DNA of 64,000 nucleotides, taken from positions 40,655 through 104,654 of the forward strand of contig CAZWKQ010000005.1 in assembly GCA_964634005.1 (NCBI GenBank). The letters run 5' to 3'. Shown here piece by piece: positions 1 to 9,493 of the stretch; position 1 is the stretch's first letter; the number at the start of each line of letters is the position of its first letter. The notes below the pieces were generated by a model. That model worked only from the letters and a program-made list of their open reading frames with translations. It made no database searches and had not been told where the DNA came from. Source of the DNA: an uncultured Bacteroides sp. Its GTDB lineage: Bacteria; Bacteroidota; Bacteroidia; Bacteroidales; JACABE01. The translations under genes were made by a program, and so were the position numbers.

Positions 1-3000
1 CTTAAATACAACTTATCTTGTAGTATTGAAATACACGTTTGTTCCCGGTACTTCAGCATTAGATACTGTTTATTTGTACATAAATCCGTCACCTATTTTC
101 AATGAACCGACTACTCCTGTTATGAAACAATGGGTAAATACAGATGCAACTCAAATTACTGGGATATCGTTAAGACAAGGTTCATCGAGTTCTGCACCGA
201 CAGTTGAAATAGATGGAATAAGAGTGGCACAATCGTGGACTGATGCAGTAGGAGCAACTTCAACCATGCCCCCTGTTTGGACTTCAGGTTGGCCAAAGGT
301 TCAAAATATATTACCCACTTCATTTGAAGCTAAGGTAAATATTGATATACCGGGTATTGCATATTATGTAGTATTACCGAATAATTCAACCGCACCTAAT
401 GCAATACAAGTAAAATCGGGTTTAGATGCAAATAATAATTCCGTTCCTGCTAATATGAAAGGAAGTATTACTTGCAGTTTAGGGAATACTGAGTATTCAT
501 CAACTGTAAGCGGACTATCATCCAATACAACCTACAATGTTTACTTTATTGCCGAGGATAATAATAACAATCTTCAAGCTAATCCGGTAATGGTTTTAGC
601 AACAACAGCTTCAAGTTCTTCTGCACCTTCAATTTCAAACATATCTCCTGCATCAATAACACATAACTCAGCAGTTTTAGGAGGTAATATAACATCTGAC
701 GGCGGAGAGCAAATATTAAGCAGAGGTACAGTATGGAGTACAACTCCCGGTGTTACTATTAGCAATAACTATTTAGCAGAAGGCGGAACATCAACAGGCA
801 CTTTTAGTCACACTCGTTCTTCGCTTCCTTCAAAAACACAAATTTATTATAAAGCATTCGCAACAAATATAATTGGAACAACACTTACAACAGAATCCAG
901 CTTTTTTACTTTAGCAGAAAAACCTGTTTCTCATGTAACTGATTTTACTGCTATTGCCTATTCACCTACAGAAATAAATTTAACTTGGAACCCAACATTT
1001 GGTAATGACGGATATATAATAATTTCAAGAGTAGGAGCCTCAGCACCGACAGGAATGCCTGTTGATGCTACAGGTTATAATGTTGGCAGCGTAATCGGTA
1101 ATGGGACTGTTGCTGCTGTTTTAACAAATGGATCGGCAAATAGTATTTTAATAAGCGGATTAACCCCTATGACTCAATATACTTTTATAATTATTCCATT
1201 TGGTTATGACGGAGCTAATTATCAAACATTCAGTTACAATACCAACCCCACTATACCTCAAGCAGGAACAACAACTTTAGCACCACCAGCTATAACTTAT
1301 ACATGGAATACAACCAAAGGTTCGTGGACAGATGCAAATAACTGGAACCCGATAAGAACAACTCCTGCTACAAATGATATTTTAAAATTCAATAATGGTA
1401 ATATTGATACAATTACAAATGTTCCAACCCAAACCATAGGCCAAATTATTGTTGAAAACAACACACAAGTATTTTTACAAGCGGGAGGCACTAATACATT
1501 ATCAATTTCAGGATATACCGGAGTTGATTTAAGTGTAAGCAATGGTTCAATGCTTAACATTATTGGAACTAATGCATTAACATTAAAATTGCTTACAAAT
1601 GCAACCGGTAGTATATTCGGTTCTATGAATTTTGGCGGCGGAGCCCATAAATTAGAAGCTATCGATGCACTTTCTATTGAATTTAACAATGGCTCGTCAT
1701 TAACTCAAGATATTGGATGTACCGGAAACATTTTTAATAGCACAGGAACTGCTAATATAGTTACATTTAAAAACGGTTCAACTTTTATTCAAAGAGCAGG
1801 GTCTAACCCCTTTGCTTTAACAGCTCCAAGTTCAAAAGTTATTTTTGAGCCCAACAGTTTATTTAAATTGAATACAAATCTTACCCCCTCTTTCTCAGGC
1901 AGAACTTATGGTAATTTTGAATTAGATTTTGTAGGAGCTAATCCAAGTGTATCAGGAGCAAGTGCTGTAGTAATTAATAACTTAATTATTACAAACGGAA
2001 CTTTGAATTTTAACATGACAGCTAATCCAGGACATTCAATAAAGGGGAATATTACTGTTTCTTCGGGTGGAGTTTTGAACTTTGCACCTACTTCGGCTGC
2101 TGTTATTAATTTTGACGGAAGCACACAACAAATCATTGACGCTGCTAATCCTATCAGAATTAACCGTTTCGATACTATTATCGTAAATAACACAAATGGC
2201 TTAATCATAAATGATTCAATTATAATTAACGGAACATTAAAATTAAATGATGGAATTGTTATCCTAAACAACAGTATAACAATCGATTCAATTGGTCAAG
2301 TTATAACAAATAGTATCAATGAATTCATAGTTTTAAATAATAATTCAAAACTATTTAAAAAATTCCCTATTACAGGTGGCTCGTTTTTATATCCAATAGG
2401 AGAAAATCTTCCATTCTCAAAATATTTGCCAGTTAGCATAACTTTTAATTCAGGAACATTTATTCCAAATAATAACTTTGTAGGTTTGAATACTATTGCA
2501 ATGAAACATCCGAATGATTTGAGTACAGGAAACTACTTAAACAGATATTGGATTATTACCGGTTCAGGAATTTCTAACTTTTCAGCAAATATAAACTTCC
2601 AATATGACCTTAATGATATTGCAGGAAGTGAAGGATTAATTTATTGTAAAAATTTCACATCAAACCCAATTGAGATGTTTAATGCAGCTGATGTAAACAA
2701 CCATCAGTTAAATGCAACAGGAGTTACATCTTTTGGTGAATTTGGAGGAGGAGAAAATTTATCAAATAAGACCCTTACCATAAATGCAATCTTAGAAGGA
2801 TTATTTAACGGAACAAATATGAATCCTGTTCAGGACGATATGGGAGATCATATTGGTCCTAATGCTGCTGATTATATTGATGTTGAACTTCATAACTCAA
2901 CAAATCCATCTATAATTGAAGCATCATTTACAAATCAAATATTAGGGACAAACGGAGTTTGCCAAATTACAATTCCATCTTCTTTATCAGATGCATATTA

Positions 3001-3340
3001 TATAGTTATAAAACACAGAAATTCAATAGCAACTTGGAGTGCAATTCCTATTTCATTTAACGGACAAAATATATTCTATAATTTTACAGACGCTGTAAAC
3101 AGAGCTTATGGCGACAATCTAAAACAGGTTGCATCGGGAGTTTATGCCATTTTTGTAGGAGATGTAAACCAGGATGAACTTGTTGATGGAAGTGATATGT
3201 CAGAAACCGAAATTGATAATAATAACTTTATTTCAGGTTATGTATCAACTGATGTTAATGGAGACGGTTTAGTTGATGGTAGTGATATGTCATTAGTTGA
3301 AAATTCAAATAATTCATTTGTTTCAGTAATAAATCCTTAA
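1..3340 (+). CDS. Large secreted/surface protein, 5'-truncated by the window edge. It has FN3/Ig-like segments, a beta-strand-rich core and a C-terminal dockerin-like module.
   Basis: Frame 2 is open from nt 2, with no stop upstream of the TTG at 26, so the true N-terminus lies outside the window. Composition is rich in S/T/N/G. The C-terminus carries two Ca-binding-loop-like repeats, DVNQDELVDGSDM and DVNGDGLVDGSDM. Confidence 0.8.
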   Translation, partial: LNTTYLVVLKYTFVPGTSALDTVYLYINPSPIFNEPTTPVMKQWVNTDATQITGISLRQGSSSSAPTVEIDGIRVAQSWTDAVGATSTMPPVWTSGWPKVQNILPTSFEAKVNIDIPGIAYYVVLPNNSTAPNAIQVKSGLDANNNSVPANMKGSITCSLGNTEYSSTVSGLSSNTTYNVYFIAEDNNNNLQANPVMVLATTASSSSAPSISNISPASITHNSAVLGGNITSDGGEQILSRGTVWSTTPGVTISNNYLAEGGTSTGTFSHTRSSLPSKTQIYYKAFATNIIGTTLTTESSFFTLAEKPVSHVTDFTAIAYSPTEINLTWNPTFGNDGYIIISRVGASAPTGMPVDATGYNVGSVIGNGTVAAVLTNGSANSILISGLTPMTQYTFIIIPFGYDGANYQTFSYNTNPTIPQAGTTTLAPPAITYTWNTTKGSWTDANNWNPIRTTPATNDILKFNNGNIDTITNVPTQTIGQIIVENNTQVFLQAGGTNTLSISGYTGVDLSVSNGSMLNIIGTNALTLKLLTNATGSIFGSMNFGGGAHKLEAIDALSIEFNNGSSLTQDIGCTGNIFNSTGTANIVTFKNGSTFIQRAGSNPFALTAPSSKVIFEPNSLFKLNTNLTPSFSGRTYGNFELDFVGANPSVSGASAVVINNLIITNGTLNFNMTANPGHSIKGNITVSSGGVLNFAPTSAAVINFDGSTQQIIDAANPIRINRFDTIIVNNTNGLIINDSIIINGTLKLNDGIVILNNSITIDSIGQVITNSINEFIVLNNNSKLFKKFPITGGSFLYPIGENLPFSKYLPVSITFNSGTFIPNNNFVGLNTIAMKHPNDLSTGNYLNRYWIITGSGISNFSANINFQYDLNDIAGSEGLIYCKNFTSNPIEMFNAADVNNHQLNATGVTSFGEFGGGENLSNKTLTINAILEGLFNGTNMNPVQDDMGDHIGPNAADYIDVELHNSTNPSIIEASFTNQILGTNGVCQITIPSSLSDAYYIVIKHRNSIATWSAIPISFNGQNIFYNFTDAVNRAYGDNLKQVASGVYAIFVGDVNQDELVDGSDMSETEIDNNNFISGYVSTDVNGDGLVDGSDMSLVENSNNSFVSVINP
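2774..3337 (+). other. 188-aa C-terminal module (Ig-like segment plus a dockerin-like repeat pair). It is paralogous to the module at 25523..26086.
   Basis: My gapless hand alignment with the C-terminus of the 25520..33925 protein gives about 129/188 identical residues (LEGLFNG.NMNPVQDDMGDH ... DAYYIV.KHRNSI.TWS ... AYGDNLK ... GDVNQD.LVDGSDMS ... DVNGDG.VDGSDMS). Confidence 0.7.
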
Positions 3341-3389
3341 AAAAAATAAACTTTACTATAATTTATAAATGTTAATAAAATAAAACACT

Positions 3390-6300
3390 ATGAAAATGAA
3401 AAAAATTATTACGATTATTTTGCTGATTATAGCGTCAGCTATGAAGGTTACTTACGCCGATGTTCATCCGACAGACCCAAATCTCCCAACTTATAGGTTG
3501 ATTTTAAAAAACGATAGTCAGATAACATCAAATATTTACAGTTTCGAAATATGGATTAGTTCAGTATCTTCTGTAGTTCCATTAAATTTAAGGCAATGGC
3601 AAGCAGGGATTAATTATAACACAGCATTTCTTAACGGTGGGACAGTTACTGGCAGTTTAGATTATACAGGCTCGATACTACTTGCTTTTAATGATATGTA
3701 TCCGCAATCTTTAAATGTTGCTACTGCAGGGTCAATTAAAATTGCAGCAAAGTTAGGTGCAGTAACATCTTATATTCTCATTCCAAATACAGGAGTTGAA
3801 TATAAATTAGTAAAGGTTACTCTCACAAATTCTGTTAATTTTGCCCAAGTACAGCCTAATTTATCATGGAACTTCTCAGTATCTCCATACCCAACAAAAG
3901 TTTTTTCATGGTTATCAACATCAACCCCAAACGCTCAAGTTACAATGCCAAATAATGCTCCAGGACCTGTTATTCAATCATGGCATACAACTGACCAATT
4001 AAATAATCATATTTTTAACACTTATCCTCAAATTTACAATGTTACAGGTACAAGTTCATATTGTTCATCAGGTAGTGGAGGTTCTGTTACATTAGTAAAC
4101 TCAGAAACAGGTGTTTTATATGAGCTTATTAAAAATAATATTCCAACGGGATTATTTTACTCGGGGAATGGTAGTGCAATTACATGGAATAATCTTAATT
4201 TTGGTACCTATAAAGTTAATGCACGAAAAATAGGAACAAGCTTAACCAGTCTAATGGCTGATTCTGTAATAATTAATGAAATTACCGGCTTACCCGGTGT
4301 TGCCGGAGCAATAAACGGCAGTAATACTATTTGTCAAGGAACATCTGCAGCTAATTATAGCGTTGCACCAATTTCTAATGCTGAAAATTATATATGGTCT
4401 TACACGGGAACAGGTGTAACAATTAATGGTACTTCTGAGAACGTTATTTTAAACTTTTCATCAAATGCTACCGGAGGGAATCTAACAGTAACAGGCTCTA
4501 ATGCTTGCGGACAAGGAACTACTTCATCACCTTTGGTGATTTCAGTAAGCGACTTGCCTAGTGCTGCAGGGGCAATTACAGGTGTATCTTCTGTAAGTCC
4601 AGGGCAAAATGCAGTTGCTTATTCAGTTCCTGCAATAAATGGTGCCGTTACTTATACATGGACCTATTCAGGGCAGGGAGCAACAATAAATGGCAACTCA
4701 AATTCCATTACGATTGATTTTGGAGCCAATGCAACCCCCGGTTTCTTAACAGTAAGCGGAACAAATTCGTGCGGAAATGGTACTCCATCTCCTGCTTTCG
4801 CTATTAATGTTAATTCTGTACCGGGTGCAGCAGGAAATATTACAGGTACATCTTCTGTTTGTCCGGGCGTAAATAATGTTATGTACACAGTTCCGGAAAT
4901 TTTAGGAGCCGATACTTACTTATGGGAATACACCGGTACAGGCGTTACCATTGATTCAATTCTTGGAGATACAGCATATATTAACTTTTCGATGAATGCC
5001 ACCTCTGGAGTTTTAACAGTAAAAGGTCATAACACTTTTGGATACGGCAATGTTTCTCCTAACTTTATCATTACAGTAAATCCATTTCCTGAAGCAGCAG
5101 GAACAATCAGCGGAAATGACACAGTTTGCAAGAGTTCAAATTCTATTTATACCGTACCTGTTATTCAATATGCAACATCATACGTATGGACACTTCCAAC
5201 AGGAGCAACCGGAACAAGTACTACAAATAGTATAAATGTAAACTTTGGAACTAGTGCTGTAAATGGTAACATTACTGTAAAAGGTCTTAATTCATGCGGT
5301 GAAGGAGCCTCATCTACTAAAGCAATTACTGTAAATACAGTTCCAGCAGCAGCAGGTGCTATCTCGGGACAATCTACTGTTTGTCAAGGCGCAAACAATA
5401 TTACTTATACTGTACCTGCTATAAGTGGTGCAACATCTTATTTATGGACTTTACCAACAGGTGCAACCGGCTCAAGTACTACCAACTCTATAACTGTTAA
5501 CTATTCAACAACAGCAATAAGCGGACAAGTTACTGTCAGAGGAGTTAACGCATGTGGTAATGGTACAGCATCAGCACTTTCTATTACTGTTAACCCATTA
5601 CCGGCCAATGCAGGAACAATTACAGGTTTAACTACTGTTTGTCAAGGACAAAGCGGTGTTGTTTATACTGTACCTTCAATTTCAAATGCAACATCCTATA
5701 TTTGGACAAAACCAAACGGTACAACAGGAACAAGCACTACAAATACAATAACAATTGGTTACACTAATACAGCAGTTAGTGGAAATATTACAGTTAGAGG
5801 AAGTAACTCTTGCGGTCAAGGAAATCTCTCAACGTTAGCCGTAACAGTTAATCCACTTCCTGATTCTGCTAAAGTTGTAACCGGACCTACCACTGTTTGT
5901 AAAAATGAAACCGGCGTTGTTTATAAAGTTCAACCTATTAATAATGCTACTTATTATAGTTGGACATTACCAAACGGTATAATTGGTAGCAGTATAACTG
6001 ATAGCATAGTAGTAAATATTACAAACACAGCTGTTTCAGGCAGCATAATAGTTAAAGGTATGAATTCTTGTGGCGAAGGCGTTGCAACAAGTTATGCTGT
6101 TACTGTAAACAGTGTTCCAGCAGCAGCCGGAACTATATCAGGTACTTCCTCAGTATGTAAAGGTCAAAGCAACAATGTTGTATATACAGTTCCTGCTATA
6201 GCCGGAGCTACCTCATATATATGGACACTACCTACAGGCTTTACAGGAACAAGTACAACTAACTCAATTACTGTGAGTGTAACAGCAAATGCAATCTCAG

Positions 6301-7940
6301 GAAATATTACAGTTAAAGGTTCAAATACTTGTGGTTTTGGAGCTGAGTCAACTTTCCCTGTAACAGTTAATACAATACCGGATTCTGCAGGAGTAATAAC
6401 AGGATTAACCTCTGTTTGTCAAGGTCAAAATAGTGTTACTTATACAGTACCTACTATTAATGGTGCTACTGCTTATTCATGGACATTACCTGCAGGTGCT
6501 ACCGGAACAAGTACTACAAATTCAATTACTGTCAATTATGCAAGCTATGCTGTTTCAGGCACAGTAAAAGTTAAAGGACAAAATACTTGCGGTTTTGGTG
6601 GCGAATCATCTCTTTCTGTTACAGTTAATCCATTGCCAAGCAACGCAGGTGCTATTACCGGTCCTGCATTAGTTTGTAAAGGACAAACCGGTGTAACATT
6701 TACTGTTCCTGCAATAAATAATGCGACTTCATATAGTTGGACATTCCCGACAGGATTTACCGGAACAAGTACAACTAATTCAATTACAGTTGATGTAACT
6801 AATACAGCTGTTTCTGGAAATATCACTGTTAAAGGAGTTAATTCTTGCGGTGAAGGTCAGGCTTCAATAAAAACTATTACTGTTAGTACAGTTCCAAATG
6901 CTCCAACATCAATCACCGGACCGGATAACGTTTGTCAAGGAGCTCAAAATCAACAATATTCTGTTCCAACTGTAACCGGTGCAACTTCTTATAGCTGGAC
7001 ATTACCATCAGGTGCAACCGGTACAAGTTCAACAAACAGTATTTTTGTTAATTTCAGCAATACAGCCACTTCTGGCAATATTGTAGTTAAAGCTCAAAAT
7101 GTTTGTGGAATCGGCGATTCAATTGCAAAATTCATAACTGTAAACTCTGCTGCAGCCGCTGCAGGTGCAATTACCGGTTCAGCAACTGTTTGCCAAGGTC
7201 AAAATAATGTAGTTTATAACGTACCTGCTATTTTAGGTGCAACATCTTATGTTTGGACATTGCCTAATGGCTTTACAGGTTCAAGCACTACAAACTCAAT
7301 TTCAGTTAATATAGCAAACAACGCAACTAACGGAACTATCTCTGTTTATGGAACAAATACCTGCGGTGATGGTGCTCCGTCTAATTTTGCTGTTACCGTT
7401 AATCCTTTACCTGATGCTGCCGGTAATATAACAGGTGCCGACTCTGTTTGCCAAGGAGATATTAATATTCAGTATTCAGTCGCTTCAATTCCTAATGCTG
7501 TAAGTTATATTTGGGAATTCAGCGGAACAGGTGCAACAATTTCTTCTAACACAAATATTGTTACAATTAACTTTTCTTCTACAGCTACATCAGGAAATCT
7601 GACAGTTAAAGGAAATAATGCTTGCGGTGATGGTGTCGTTTCTGCAAACTTCCCAATAGTTGTTAAAAACTGCGTAGGTATTAATGAAAATAATGATATC
7701 AGTTACTCAATTTATCCTAATCCGACTAAAGGAATTATTTATTTGAATATTGATGCAGTTTCGTTAAAATTAGAAATTCAAATAACTGATGTAAAAGGCG
7801 AAGTAATTTCTACCGACAAATTAAGTGTTGATAAACATTTCTCAAAAGAAATCGATTTATCGGCATACTCAAAAGGAATTTACTTTGTAAAAATTATAAA
7901 TGATAAGTTTGTTAAAGTAGAGAAAGTTATACTTCAGTAG
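3390..7940 (+). CDS. T9SS-sorted cell-surface protein. It has a signal peptide, a beta-sandwich N-domain, 13 tandem Cys-containing Ig/PKD-like repeats and a Por/T9SS C-terminal domain.
   Basis: 1516-aa ORF. The N-terminus MKMKKIITIILLIIASAM looks like a signal peptide. A repeated unit (CxG...Y.V......Y.W..P.G..G.S.TNSI.V.......G...V.G.N.CG.G) follows. The C-terminus YPNPTKGIIYLNI...GIYFVKI matches the T9SS sorting-domain pattern. Confidence 0.9.
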   Translation: MKMKKIITIILLIIASAMKVTYADVHPTDPNLPTYRLILKNDSQITSNIYSFEIWISSVSSVVPLNLRQWQAGINYNTAFLNGGTVTGSLDYTGSILLAFNDMYPQSLNVATAGSIKIAAKLGAVTSYILIPNTGVEYKLVKVTLTNSVNFAQVQPNLSWNFSVSPYPTKVFSWLSTSTPNAQVTMPNNAPGPVIQSWHTTDQLNNHIFNTYPQIYNVTGTSSYCSSGSGGSVTLVNSETGVLYELIKNNIPTGLFYSGNGSAITWNNLNFGTYKVNARKIGTSLTSLMADSVIINEITGLPGVAGAINGSNTICQGTSAANYSVAPISNAENYIWSYTGTGVTINGTSENVILNFSSNATGGNLTVTGSNACGQGTTSSPLVISVSDLPSAAGAITGVSSVSPGQNAVAYSVPAINGAVTYTWTYSGQGATINGNSNSITIDFGANATPGFLTVSGTNSCGNGTPSPAFAINVNSVPGAAGNITGTSSVCPGVNNVMYTVPEILGADTYLWEYTGTGVTIDSILGDTAYINFSMNATSGVLTVKGHNTFGYGNVSPNFIITVNPFPEAAGTISGNDTVCKSSNSIYTVPVIQYATSYVWTLPTGATGTSTTNSINVNFGTSAVNGNITVKGLNSCGEGASSTKAITVNTVPAAAGAISGQSTVCQGANNITYTVPAISGATSYLWTLPTGATGSSTTNSITVNYSTTAISGQVTVRGVNACGNGTASALSITVNPLPANAGTITGLTTVCQGQSGVVYTVPSISNATSYIWTKPNGTTGTSTTNTITIGYTNTAVSGNITVRGSNSCGQGNLSTLAVTVNPLPDSAKVVTGPTTVCKNETGVVYKVQPINNATYYSWTLPNGIIGSSITDSIVVNITNTAVSGSIIVKGMNSCGEGVATSYAVTVNSVPAAAGTISGTSSVCKGQSNNVVYTVPAIAGATSYIWTLPTGFTGTSTTNSITVSVTANAISGNITVKGSNTCGFGAESTFPVTVNTIPDSAGVITGLTSVCQGQNSVTYTVPTINGATAYSWTLPAGATGTSTTNSITVNYASYAVSGTVKVKGQNTCGFGGESSLSVTVNPLPSNAGAITGPALVCKGQTGVTFTVPAINNATSYSWTFPTGFTGTSTTNSITVDVTNTAVSGNITVKGVNSCGEGQASIKTITVSTVPNAPTSITGPDNVCQGAQNQQYSVPTVTGATSYSWTLPSGATGTSSTNSIFVNFSNTATSGNIVVKAQNVCGIGDSIAKFITVNSAAAAAGAITGSATVCQGQNNVVYNVPAILGATSYVWTLPNGFTGSSTTNSISVNIANNATNGTISVYGTNTCGDGAPSNFAVTVNPLPDAAGNITGADSVCQGDINIQYSVASIPNAVSYIWEFSGTGATISSNTNIVTINFSSTATSGNLTVKGNNACGDGVVSANFPIVVKNCVGINENNDISYSIYPNPTKGIIYLNIDAVSLKLEIQITDVKGEVISTDKLSVDKHFSKEIDLSAYSKGIYFVKIINDKFVKVEKVILQ
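4302..7673 (+). repeat. 13 tandem in-frame coding repeats of about 86 aa (about 259 nt) each.
   Basis: Each unit starts with AG.I(T/S)G....VC.G and ends with N.CG.G......(I/V)TVN..P. I counted 13 units by eye in the translation. The copies are diverged rather than identical. Confidence 0.9.
7698..7937 (+). other. Type IX secretion system C-terminal sorting domain (about 80 aa).
   Basis: ISYSIYPNPTKGIIYLNIDA...LSAYSKGIYFVKIINDKFVKVEKVILQ. The YPNP...G and GIYF.K motifs are typical of Bacteroidota T9SS CTDs. Confidence 0.8.
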
Positions 7941-7954
7941 TAGAACTTTATAAA

Positions 7955-7990
7955 ATAAAAAAAGGCTGCCTTTTAAGACAGCCTTTTTTT
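7955..7990. terminator. Bidirectional rho-independent terminator between convergent genes.
   Basis: Stem aaggctg (7962-7968) pairs with cagcctt (7979-7985). A T-run follows on the + strand and an A-run precedes it, which gives a T-run on the - strand. Confidence 0.6.
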
Positions 7991-8192
7991 ATTCCCCGAT
8001 ATTTTCCAATTCTTTTAAAATTGATTTTACATCTTCTTCGGTAGATATAAGTTTTTCTTTGCATAATTTTATTAAAAAGCCCGCGCGTTTCACTTTTTCA
8101 GATAACTCATCAATCTCAATTTCGCCTATTTCAAGGCTTTTTACAATTTCCTGCAATTCTGCAAATGCCTCTTTATATGTAATTTCATTCAT
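7989..8192 (-). CDS. xseB: Exodeoxyribonuclease VII small subunit.
   Basis: 67-aa helical protein (YKEAFAELQEIVKSLE...). Its start overlaps the xseA stop in a TAATG arrangement. Confidence 0.85.
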   Translation of the reverse strand: MNEITYKEAFAELQEIVKSLEIGEIEIDELSEKVKRAGFLIKLCKEKLISTEEDVKSILKELENIGE

Positions 8193-9493
8193 TATTTAAG
8201 AGTTTTATTATTATTCTTTAAAATTCTTTTAACTTGACTTTCAATAATACCATCTATTAATATTGTTTCAATTATATCATTTTCTTTGAATTTATCTACA
8301 GTTTTAGATATTTTACCAAAATTTCTTGTTATTGAATATCCCCTTTTAAAAATTAAAACCGGATCATAATTATTAATTTCATTATTCAGAACCTCGAGTT
8401 TATGTTTTCTTTCGATAAAAAATTTATCACTAAAATTACTTAATTCGCGACATTTTTCTGTGAGTTTAACACCATTTCTTTCGATAATTATATTTGATTT
8501 TAGCGGCAAATTCTTGATTATTGAGTTTAGTTTTGAGTTATTCAGGTTTGAAAGATTAATTGAAAAATTAGTTATTTTGTTTAAGTATTCACTTAAAATT
8601 AATTTCCTTTTTTGTGAATAAGCAAATGAATTCATTTTAAATATTTTAGAATAATGTGAAAGATCAACTTTCCGAATATTTAATAAATTCATAACTCTAT
8701 TTTTTATAGAAAGTTGAGCATCAGTTAAAGGCTTATTAAAATCATGAAACTTTTGAATAAGAAAGTCGGCAAGCTCAGTGGGGGTTATTGCATTTTTATA
8801 TGCAACCATTTCTGCAACAGTTTCATTGGTTGCATGCCCTATACCTGTTATAACAGGAATTGAGAAAAGTGCTATTTCCTTTGCCAATTGATAATTATTA
8901 AAAGCCGATAGCCCTAAATCACCTCCCCCACCCCTAATAATAGCAACTAAATCGAAATGTTGCTTTACTTTATCAATTCTTTTCAGTTGAGCAATTATTT
9001 CTGTAATTGCTTTTTCTCCTTGTAAAAGAGAGGGAAACAACATATAAAAAAATTTATATCCCCATGGGTTATTATCAATAATTTCTTTAAAATCGGCAAA
9101 TCCTTTACTTGTTTCAACTGAAATAATTGCTATTCTTTTGGGCAATAGTGGTAATATCAACGATTTATTATTATAAAAAAGACCTTCTTCTTTAAGTTTA
9201 GATATTGTGAGCTGTTTTTCCTTTTCGAGTTCACCGAGCGAATATGAAGGGTCTATGTCTAATATTATTAATTGAAGGCCATATTGTAAATCGAAATTAA
9301 TCTTAGCAAAGAAAAGGATTTTTATTCCGTCTTTCAATTTCTCGCCTAATACAGAAATAAAGTTTTTATTTATTCTTTCAAAATCGCTTCTCCACAAATT
9401 TGCTCTTATGTGAATATTTGAATTATCCTCCATTCTCTCGACAATCTCGGGATAACAATGGCCTGATTTTGGATAATAATTTAATTTATTCAT
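8192..9493 (-). CDS. xseA: Exodeoxyribonuclease VII large subunit. The annotated ORF lacks the first beta-strands of the OB fold (see the frameshift finding).
   Basis: SGHCYPEIVE, IIRGGGGDLGLSAFNNY and TGIGHATNETVAEMVA are XseA hallmarks. A long coiled C-terminal part follows. Confidence 0.85.
   Translation of the reverse strand: MNKLNYYPKSGHCYPEIVERMEDNSNIHIRANLWRSDFERINKNFISVLGEKLKDGIKILFFAKINFDLQYGLQLIILDIDPSYSLGELEKEKQLTISKLKEEGLFYNNKSLILPLLPKRIAIISVETSKGFADFKEIIDNNPWGYKFFYMLFPSLLQGEKAITEIIAQLKRIDKVKQHFDLVAIIRGGGGDLGLSAFNNYQLAKEIALFSIPVITGIGHATNETVAEMVAYKNAITPTELADFLIQKFHDFNKPLTDAQLSIKNRVMNLLNIRKVDLSHYSKIFKMNSFAYSQKRKLILSEYLNKITNFSINLSNLNNSKLNSIIKNLPLKSNIIIERNGVKLTEKCRELSNFSDKFFIERKHKLEVLNNEINNYDPVLIFKRGYSITRNFGKISKTVDKFKENDIIETILIDGIIESQVKRILKNNNKTLK

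Noticed and set aside
574-6826. Minus-strand ORFs inside the two large + strand genes (574..765, 1297..1689, 1906..2271, 4664..4888, 6545..6826).
   Set aside because: These are shadow ORFs antisense to strongly supported coding sequence. They have no motifs, and their composition mirrors the sense-strand codons.
4302-7673. The regular ~259-nt periodicity could suggest a CRISPR array or a satellite.
   Set aside because: The repeats are in frame inside one long ORF and are diverged at the DNA level while conserved at the protein level. There is no alternation of short identical repeats with unique spacers.
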